Shown here: positions 47,233 to 59,000 of the stretch, in pieces
Layout of the letters: every line of letters begins with the position of its first letter
How positions within the stretch are numbered: position 1 is the first letter of the stretch
Assembly: GCF_006345805.1 (NCBI RefSeq)
Contig: NC_043018.1
Location: 11,718,001-11,782,000 of the forward strand
From: Octopus sinensis
Lineage: Eukaryota
DNA length: 64,000 nucleotides
Reading direction: 5' to 3'
Position numbers and translations under genes: made by a program
Notes under the pieces: generated by a model
Databases searched by the model: none
Seen by the model: the letters and a program-made list of their open reading frames with translations, nothing else
What the model was told of the DNA's origin: nothing

Positions 47233-47358
47233 TCACCCACTGGTGTGATTAATGATGGGTGAGCCAATAGGAGAAGTACTTCGAGGAGAGTTTGGTAAGG
47301 AGAAGTCCTTGAATGAACTTTCTAGAAGTGGGCGAAGTCCACACCATACTTTGGATAG
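47233..47358 (-). CDS. SNX8: SNX8 last exon [41 protein letters not shown]
   Basis: catttcag| ... TGA. Confidence 0.9.
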   Translation of the reverse strand, partial: LSKVWCGLRPLLESSFKDFSLPNSPRSTSPIGSPIINHTSG

Positions 47359-50300
47359 CTGAAATGATATGAATTGAAATATCAGAGCAATTGAAAAGCA
47401 TAGAAACATTACATTCAAAATTGCATCAAATCAAAAAGAAAAAAGAAAAAAACTTCTCAAACACATGGTTCTGGGTTCAGTCCTACAATGTAGAACCATG
47501 GGCAAGTGTCTTCCATCATAGCCTCAGGCCCACCAAAGATTTGGTAGACGAACACTAAACAAGCCCGTCTCATATGTATAAACACATATATATGCACACA
47601 CACACATATACATACACACACATACATACACACATACACACACATGCATACACATATACATATACATATATATATATATACACACATACATATATATACA
47701 TACATGTATATACATACATATATATATATACTTACATATATATATACATACATATATATATATACTTACATATATATATACTTACATATATATATACATA
47801 CATATATACATACATATATATACATATATATATATATACATACATATATATATCTATACATATATATATACCAGCCTCGTCTGGCACCTGTGTCGGTGGC
47901 ACATAAAATCACCCACTACACTCTCGGAGTGGTTGGCGTTAGGAATGGCATCCAGCTGTAGAAACACTGCCAGATCTGACTGGCCTGGTGCAGCCTTCGG
48001 GCTTCCCAGACCCCAGTTGAACCGTCCAACCATGCTAGCATGGAAAGCGGAAGTTAAATGATGATGATGATATACATACATACATATACATATATATATA
48101 TACATATACATATATATATATATATATACATACATATATATATATATGTACTTATATNNNNNNNNNNNNNNNNNNNNNNNNNNNNNNNNNNNNNNNNNNN
48201 NNNNNNNNNNNNNNNNNNNNNNNNNNNNNNNNNNNNNNNNNNNNNNNNNNNNNNNNNACGTATATATACATACGTACCTATATATATACATACGTACGTA
48301 TATACATACGTAGTACGTATATACATACGTACGTACGTATATACATACGTACGTATATATATATATACATACGTACGTATATATATATACATACGTACGT
48401 ATATATATATACATACGTACGTATATATATATACATACGTACGTATATATATATAAATATATATACATATACATACGTATATATATATAAATATATATAC
48501 ATATACATACATATATATATATAAATATACATACATATATATATATACATACATATATACATACATACATATACATACATATATATATACACATACATAC
48601 ATATATATATACATACATACATATATACATACACATACATACATATATACATACATATATACATACACATACATACATATATACATACACATACATACAT
48701 ATATATATACATACATATATACATATATATATACGTACATATATACATATATAATATATATACATACATATATACATACATATATACATACATATATATA
48801 TATACATACATATATACATACATATATATATATACATACATATATACATACATATATATATATACATACATATATACATCATATACATACATACATACAT
48901 ATACATACATATACATACATACATATACATACATATACATACATACATACATATACATACATACATATACATACATATATACACATGTATATATACACAT
49001 ATGTATATATACACATGTGTATATATATATACGTATGTGTATATATATATACGTCTATATATATACGTACGTCTATATACATACGTACGTCTATATACAT
49101 ACGTACGTCTATATACATACGTACGTATATATACATACGTACGTATATATACATACGTACCTATATATATACATACGTACGTATATACATACGTACGTAC
49201 GTATATACATACGTACGTATATATATACATACGTACGTATATATATATACATACGTACGTATATATATATACATACGTACGTATATATATATACATACGT
49301 ACGTATATATATATACATACGTATGTATATACATATACATACATATATATATACATACATAAGTATATCATCATCATCATCACCATTTAGCGTCCGCTTT
49401 CCAAGCTAGCATGGGTTGGACGGGTCAACTGGGGTCTGTGAAGCTGGAAGGCTTCGTGAGGCCCAGTCAGATCTGGCAGTGTTTCACGGCTGGATGCCCT
49501 TCCTAATGCCAACCACTCCACGAGTGTAGTGGGTGTTTTTTACGTGCCACCTGCACAGGTGGCAGACGGCCACGAACGGATGGTGCTTTTACACGTCACC
49601 GACACAGGGCCAGGCGATGCTGGCAACGGACACGAACGGATGGAGCTTTTACGTGCCACCGACACGGGGCCAGACATAGCTGGCAAACGGATGGTGCTTT
49701 TACATGTCACTGGCAACGGACGCGAATGGATGGTGCTTTTACGTGCCACCGACACGGTTGGCAGACAGAGCTGGCAAACGGCCACAACGGACGGTGCTTT
49801 TACGTGTCACCGGCACGGGGGCCAGCCGATGCTGGCAACGGACGCGAATGGATGGTGCTTTTACGTGCCACCGACATGGTTGCCAGACAGAGCTGGCAAA
49901 CGGCCATAACGGACGGTGCTTTTACGTGTCACCGGCACGGGGGCCAGCCGATGCTGGCAACGGACGCGAATGGATGGTGCTTTTACGTGCCACCGACATG
50001 GTTGCCAGACAGAGCTGGCAAACGGCCATAACGGACGGTGCTTTTACGTGTCACCGGCACGGGGGCCAGCCGATGCTGGCAACGGACGCGAATGGATGGT
50101 GCTTTTACGTGCCACCGACATGGTTGCCAGACAGAGCTGGCAAACGGCCACAACGGACGGTGCTTTTACGTGTCACCGGCACGGGGGCCAGCCGAGGCTG
50201 GCAACAGACACGAACACATGGTGCTTTTACGTGCCACCGACACGGGGTCAGACAGAGCTGGCAAACGGCCACGAATGGACCGGCACGGGGCCAGGCGAGG

Positions 50301-51771
50301 CTGGCAACGAACACGAACGGATGGTGCTTTTACGTGCCACCGACACGGGGGCCATGCAGAGCTGGCAAACGGCCACGAGCGAATGGTGCTTTTACGTATC
50401 ACCGGCACGGGTGCCAGACGAGGCTGACAGCAGACACGAACGGATGGGTCACTTAACCCCTGCTTTCTGATATATGATGTGATTTTGATGTTTCTCACTG
50501 GTCTTGCCGGGTCTTCTCACGCAACAGCATACTTCCATAGGTCTCGGTCTCTGGTCATTTCCCTTGGTGAGACTAGAGTTCGAAGGTCGTGCTTCACCAC
50601 CTCGACCCAGGTTTTCCTGGGTCTATACTCCTCTTCCACAGGTCCCCTCAACTGCCAGGGTGTGGCACTTTTCACACACCTATCGTCATCCATTCTCACC
50701 ACATGACCATACCAGCGCAATCGTCTCTCTTGCACACAACATCTGATGCCTCTTAGGTCCAACTTTTCTCTCAAGGTACTTACACTCTGTCGACTATGAA
50801 CACTGACATTACACATCCAACGGAGCATACTACTTCATCATTCTCGCGAGCTTACGCATGTCCTCAGCAGTCACGGCCCATGTTTTACTGCCATGTAGCA
50901 TGGCTGTTCGTACACATGCATCATACAGTCTGCCTTTTACTCTGAGCAAGAGGCCTTTTGTTACCAGCAGGGGTAAGAGCTCCCTAAACTTTGCCTAAAC
51001 TATATATATATACATATACATACATATATATTATATATATACATATATATATATATACATACATATATATATATATACATACATATATATATATACATAC
51101 ATATTATATATATACATATATATATATATATATACATACATATATATATATATACATTATATATATATACATATAATATATATATATATACATACATATA
51201 TATATATATACATTATATAATATATATACATATATTATATATATCATAATATACATATATATATATACTACATATAATATATATATACATACATATACCA
51301 TATATATATATACATACATACATATATATATCATATATACATACATATATAATATTATACATACATATATATATATACCATACATATATTATATATACAC
51401 ATTATATATATATATATATATACATACATATAAAAATATTATATCTATACAAAACCACTATTTTGCAAAACAACACGGAAGACTTAATCACATTTATTGA
51501 TTAAGTATTTCCTTATTTGTTTTATACAAAATAGTGGTTTTGTTACGAAATATTTTTTAAATATTTTACTATATAGCGATTTATATCCTAAATCTGATTT
51601 TTTCCCTGTAATTTGGATTTATTCCCATACATATTATTATTTCATACATACATATATATATATATATATATACATACATACATATATATACATCATATAT
51701 ATATATACATCTATACATACATACATATATATATATACATATATACATACATACATATATATATATACAAT

Positions 51772-51802
<31 letters not shown>

Positions 51803-52143
51803 CATATATACATACATACATTATATTAATATATATATACATATTACATACATACATATATATATATAATATATATACCATATATACATACATAATATAT
51901 ATACATATTAGATACATACATATATATATATACATATATATACCATATATATATATACATACATACATATATAATATATACATATATGATATACATACTA
52001 TATATTATACATATATAGATACATACATATATATATATACATATATAATACACATACATACTATATATATATAACATATATAGATACATACATACATACA
52101 TCTATAACATATACATATATAGATACATACACATATATATAAC

Positions 52144-52176
<33 letters not shown>

Positions 52177-52336
52177 CATACATACATCTACATATACTAT
52201 ATACATACATACATACATACATACATATACTACATACATATATATATACATACAATACATATATATATATACATACATATAATATATGACATACATATAC
52301 ATACATACATATACATACATATATATATACACATAC

Positions 52337-52371
<35 letters not shown>

Positions 52372-55300
52372 CATACATATATATACATAACATATATACA
52401 TACATACATATTATATCATACATACTATATATACATACATATATATATATACATACATACATCATACCATAATAATACTATACATTACATACATACATAC
52501 ATATATATATAATAATTATATGAGGGGTCTGATCAATAAGTATCCGGATTCTTGCCATAGTAACAAAGCTAAAGCACACAGAGTGAAGCCGCTTGCACAC
52601 ATTGACCTTTGACTCTGCTGTGCATTGCAACAAATTTTAACATTCTAGCTCACTTCTGCTGTTTACAGCAGTGCTTCAAGAAAGTGTGTAGGTGTGATAG
52701 TCACATTGACCATGACAGAGAAAGTTGTCATGCGATACCTGCTCAGAGGCCTATCCAAAGTGGATGGAGAGGAGTGAATGAGCTGCATGCAAGTGTATGA
52801 GTGGTTCAGCCGTTTCCAAGGTGGCTGAGAAAATTATATTGACGAACATGTTTAGGAGACCTGCAACCAGCAGAACTGAGGAAAACATTGCAGATGTGCA
52901 TGTACAACTCCTGCTTTGATCTCTGAGAGAGATTTTAGAACTAGCATCTTTGCTTGTTGCAAAATCAATGACTGTATGTCGCTAGAAATTATATATATTG
53001 TGAGCTACAGCCATCTCAGGCAGAATTGCCCAGTGCTGAAGAGAGGCAGAAATAGCCCGAAACCAGGCTGGGCTGTTAGTCCTGTCACTAGAAGGTTGTA
53101 GGCATATGCTCCTCTGCTCACAATATCTCAGACACTGCTGTGCATTGTTATCCAGCTAGAGGAGATGTCCTCTTGGGGTTTAAAAAAAATCACAGTAAAG
53201 TCCTATTGAAGTGGCTATGAACTTTACTTATTTAAGATGGTTATATTTTGGTGTATTCACGGATGTTAGTCCAGAAACAACATGAGAAGACTGTAATTTG
53301 CTTACCTCTTTGGACTGTATTACACATGCATAAAGTATAGCTGACAAAATTTCCATAATTTAATGAAGCCTACTCCTCCAGAGAAATGATAAGCTGCCAT
53401 CCAGCTTTATCTGAGAATATAATGCCAATATCTTTTGAATACTGTCATCTTAAAATCCTGTAATTTTTACCTTGTCACAGCATCATACCAGCATTCACTA
53501 CAACATACGTTTCCACTTTTACTATTTTACTAAACAAAAGAGTATTTCATTTTTATTTTGCATCTTTTAAGACAGACTGCCATTGATATTGTTTCCAAAT
53601 TAATGCAATTTAAAAATTGTATTAATTTAAAATCTAAATTTGAATTAACTTTGAGTCAATTTACAAGAAATAAAATTAATACAACTAACCTCAGTGTGAG
53701 CTTCACTCTGGACATCAACTAAAGAGGTGACAATCTCAATTAGTATGTCAAGGTAGGCATGGACCAGCTGGGTCTCCATTTGGAGACAATGGAGGGAATA
53801 GTAATTACGGTTTTCCATGTTGGCTATCTGACTTTCTTGCTGGAATAAGAATGAGAGACAGACATTATATGAAAGGACTAATTATGATGAATGGTTTTGG
53901 TTAGCTCCGGATTAGTCATCCACAACTATTTAATTCTTTATAGGCAGAGTATTTCTAGCTCAGTGCCAAGAGTGTTGGATAGGATGCTTTGTGGCAGTTT
54001 GTTCTGATCCTACCAAGGTCAACTTTGTGTTCTGTCTTATTTTTGGCAGGGTCAGTGGATCCATAAAAAAGATACCATTCCAGGGTTGTGGGTGAGCTAC
54101 CTTGTGGCATCTGTACTGGCTGGGTTAAAATAGACAGTGAGCCCTGAGTGACAGATCCACCCACCTGCGAGGGTAGTGGGGTTTGAGTCCTCAGGCTTCT
54201 CCACACTTTTCTGGAGGTAACTTGTGCTTCATAATTTCCCAGGGGCTTCAATATAATCCAATATTTTATTTAATTTCCCACCTCTTAAAAAGAGGTGGGA
54301 AATTTAGTTAATATCTTAAATAACAGTTGAACATGGTTATTCAACTGGCTTTCAGGGAACCTTTACTGGTTAAACTAATAATGGGACACACTGATAGGAC
54401 AGAGTCAACCAATAGAAGTTTATATCCTGTCCTTCCATTACATGTTCTGATCAATAAGTATCCGGACTGTTGTCATGATAACAATGCTAAAGCATGCAGA
54501 GTGAAGCCACTTGGCACAGATTGACCTTGAACTCTCTGTAGTGCATGCGCACTAAGTTTTAATGTTCTAGCTCAATTCTGTGGTTTACAGCAGTGCCCGG
54601 AAGGAATGTGTGTGATTGTTACATTGACCATAAAAGAGAAAGATGAGCAGAGAATCTGCATCAAATTTTACCAAAAGCTTGGGGATACCTGCTCAGAGGC
54701 CTATGCAAAATTAAAAAAAAATTTTCATCGTTCTTGACACAAAGAGATCTTGTGCCACTGAAACCCGAGTGTCTTTTTGGTCAGCTGAAAGCAGTTTTGG
54801 CACAAACGTGGCAGGCACGAGTCTCATACCCAAATCTTCAGTGATAATGGACTGAACTGAGCTGGAACTAATCTGCACATTCTCTGATAACACACGGATG
54901 GTGATTCAACATCTGTGATGTTTTTCTCAGTTCTGCTGGTTGCGGTCTCCCAGAACGTTTGACACTATCGACATATTTTCAGCCATCTTGGAAACGCCTG
55001 TAACACTCATACACTTTCTGCAACTTTGCATAGGCCTCTGAGCAAGTATTGCCATGACAACTTTCTCTGTCATGGTCAAGTCCGGATACTTATTGATCAG
55101 ATCTCGTATATTGAGTTATTCTAATGATTGAACTACTTAGTATGGAATCTTTTCACTGCTGCCTTCATAAGAAACATGGGAAGATTTTACGAAGACACAA
55201 TAAAAGCCAGCACTTAAATTAAACAGCACTCTATTGCCGACCTCAGTGAACTATGCATCTGTGGAGCCTGAGAATGAACTGGTTTCATTGAAAGGATGTC

Positions 55301-55996
55301 AAACATTGGTCATTCACTATTGATATGGCCAGTTCTAATTCTAATATGTACAGCAATGGCACATACTGGAAGTCTGAGACAGAGAATTGTTGGACTTGCA
55401 GAATACTGAAGTAAGAAATAGATTTGTGGAATTGAGAATTGTGGATAAATGAAACAAAATGATGGTTTCAGTTGTTTATCAATTGTATAAACACTATTCC
55501 AACACTATGCTATATATGTGATGTATAAAAAATATATATATATACGTGTGTGTGTACTTAAACACACATATATATGAGTTGAACTTACTTGTAATATCTT
55601 TTGTTCTAACTGTTCGACAGGACCACTCTGTTGAAGAAAACAAAACAAATTGATTCCGACCATTTATGTTGATGGAATTTTGTTCTTTGAGTTATGTTAT
55701 GTGGTAATAATTGAAAGGAATTAACTAAAAGTAATACAATTTATGTTTACAAATTTGCGCTGCAAGATTCCTGATGTGAAACCATGTGTTGAAACAAATA
55801 TTGTTGTATTTTGGGATAGTTATCCCCCCCCCTAATAAACACACACACACACTATATATTCTTTCTTCACTTGTTTATTACTGTTCTTATTTCAACTGAA
55901 GTCCACTGTCTGGAAATCTGTCACACATCTGTAACCCCTTCAGCAACACTTCCCATCCTCATGTGTGCTCCTGCTCTGTTTAGTCCATTCTGCAGG

Positions 55997-56047
<51 letters not shown>

Positions 56048-59000
56048 GGATACGTGTGATGAAATAAATGACTGAAGAACGAACATAGAGTGCATGTGTT
56101 TATTTGGGGGGGGGGGTGGAACAATGACTATCATGAAATAACAATGATACAATTTATGCTTTGGCAGTATTTTATTTATAACTAGCTGACATACCCAATA
56201 TTCCTGGAAAAGCAGGACTTATCCCTTGGTTCTGTTCTCATAACTGTTTTGCTAATCCAATAACAATACATAGTATGTAGCCCTTAAAACGGTTTTTGTG
56301 CATTTACAGAGAATACCGAACTGTCTTACATAGGATCTTGCTTTTAGGAATTCCCAATGAGTTATGAATACCCGAATTGTGAAGTCAGTTACGTAATAAC
56401 ACAAAATTAGTTACCCAGCAGTAAGAATTCAAATAAAGTAGCTCCGAAAAGGGTTTTAATGTGTTCCCAGAGTATAGAGAACTTAGGAGCAAATACCAAT
56501 AAGGTATGTATATCAAAATCGTGAAGTATGTTACATAATAAGAGGCTAATCAGAGACAATAACAATTCAAAGTAAATAACTCTGAAAAGGGCTTTTGTGT
56601 GTTTCCAGAGAATATTATCCTCAGGGTTGCCAATGTTGAAATAGAATTACAAGGAATCTAGAAACAGACTGACAGTTTTACAGTAGTTATACAAATAAAT
56701 TCTCATGGCACCTTGGGCCAACCAAAGCCTGTCATGTGTATATATATATATATGCATTGATCGACCTCTCTCTCAACTATGCCCCATACATAACAGTCCA
56801 GTAGATTGAGGTGTAGTGAGCTTGGGTTATCTCAGCCTTATGAAATGGCACAGAGTCTTGTTGCAAAACATAGTCTTCCATTGCATACCCTGTCTATCCA
56901 GGGCCTCACAACTTCCTCCAACACCTTTGTGTAGACAGCAGCAGTGATTTTTTAGTCCTGTGAAAAAGTGAAGAAGCGTAACATTTCCCTCATTGCTGAC
57001 AAGTCCCAGAACCATCACAGTTGCTGCGAACATGGTGTTGTCTGACCATTGGAACCTTGTTTGGATCTCTACATTACACACACACGCACAGAGTGAAAGA
57101 AAAAGCATCACAGAGACAGGAGGAGGAGGAGAGAGTAGTGATGGGGGGAGTAATACAAATCAAAATTTTAAGGAAATAACATTTTTTGTTTCAAAGTTAA
57201 CATTCTGAATAAGCACCAAGAAATTTAATGAAACTTAAATGATAATTATGGTATATTTTCTCATATTATCCATAATGGCAAAACTATACTTCCAAAGTAA
57301 CCCATTATATGATAGGTAATATTCTAGTATTTAAAGGTTTTGTATATCATTGTTATTATGTTAAACTGTCGTAAGTCCACATTTGGCACAATGCATTTTT
57401 TTCAATATTTATTTTTGCTTGTAATAGCTGGTTCTTTTGGTCAAACTATCCTTGCTTCAGATGCCGAGATATCAAAAGTTGTCAAAGTGTAATACAGTGG
57501 TTTTGCTACAGAATGGTGAAACTAATTTTCATTTTCTGAAAAGGCAAGGTTTTGGACTTACAACACTTTTGCATAATAGCAATGATATATTGTGTAAACG
57601 TCAATGATCTTTGATAATGCAGTATTTTTAAAAACCTGACAACTTACCAAAAATACTCTGACTTGAGCAAAACTACCCTTTCAAGATATCTCTAAGTATT
57701 TGGTTAAGAGAAGTTGTAGCTACTTCATCAGTTACCTTGCTAAAATCTTTCTGAGTTGTCTGTTGGCAAAATTTTAACGGAGATGAGCACAATAACAAAA
57801 GTTTACCTCAGTCGTGCCTACAGTTGCAGACATCATTCTCTTTTTATATTGTCCCATCTTTTGAAGTGCTCTCTGGTGGTCATGCAGTACACCTTTCTCA
57901 TGACGGTCACACAAGTCCTAAAACAAAAGCCAATAAATGCCAATAGTCAGAGACTTCAAAATCAAAGCAAGTCAAACTCTTTATAAACAGAATGCTCCAA
58001 TAATTCTAACGTATTGCCTTTGTATGAAGATACACACACATGGTATTTGTGCTAAATTTAACAAATTGCACAAAAGGAAAAGAAAACAACATCCCATCCA
58101 AAAATAAAAGTATTAGGTTGTCTCACATGAAATGTCATATTTGAAATGGGTTTCTTACGAGTCATAAATGGATTTTTAATGAGTCTCTATGTATTATGCT
58201 TGTGTTTACTCTTAACTCATTTTCTTTCTAGACAATACTATTATTCAAAATTGCTACCCACAGCACTTAAGACAATGTTGACAACCGAACAATACCAAAT
58301 GGTTTTCTTGTACGAATACAAGTTGGGTCACTCTGTCACCGAAGCTCTATGAAACGGCAAGCGGGCTTTTGGTAATGATTTTGTTGACATTAGAACTGTT
58401 CAGAGATGGTTCCAAAGATTTCATCCAGGAAATGAAAGCCTTAAAAATTGAATCAAGGGGGAGACCAAAATCAGTTGTTTGGCATGATGAATTGAATGCT
58501 TTGGTTAAACAAAATCCAAGAACAATGGTCCGAAAAATCGGATCAGAGCTCCATTCATCTCCTGCAACTGCTTCTTGACACTTGAAGAAAATTGGAAAAG
58601 TCAAAAAGATGAAATTCAAAGAAACAGACGCCTTACAGTGTGTTCCATGTTGATTTCTCGGTTGGAAAGAGAACCATTTTTGTATCGACTCATTATGTGC
58701 TTTGAGAAATGGATACTCTTTGATAACAGCAGGAGGACAAGAGTCACCAAAACACCATTGCACCCTAAAAAGTTGATGGTCAATAAAGGGGGTTATTCAT
58801 TATTAATTTTTGTAACAGCAACATCCTATTGTCAGGAAATTGATTGTATGCACGAAAAGTTTTTAGAAAGCAACCGAGTTTAGTGAATAGAGATGACCCT
58901 ATGATAATGCCTCACACTTCTCAAGATATGGTCTACAAGTTGCAAAGCCTGAATTAGGAAATTTTGGCACATCCTCCTTATATCTCTCCTATTGATTATC

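Noticed and set aside
49529-50498. ORFs of 100-250 aa with repeated peptides
   Set aside because: They are readings of the VNTR in the RTE 3' UTR; there is no evidence they are coding.
47457-52465. Long Y/I/V/C/M-rich ORFs (up to 510 aa), also at 16004, 24119 and 29883-30353
   Set aside because: These are translations of (TA)n/(CATA)n/(TG)n microsatellites, and some run through the N gap.
53305-53360. Additional SNX8 exon ending AAAGAG|gtaagc
   Set aside because: There is an in-frame TAA just upstream, and SNX8 is already complete via 53690>47358.
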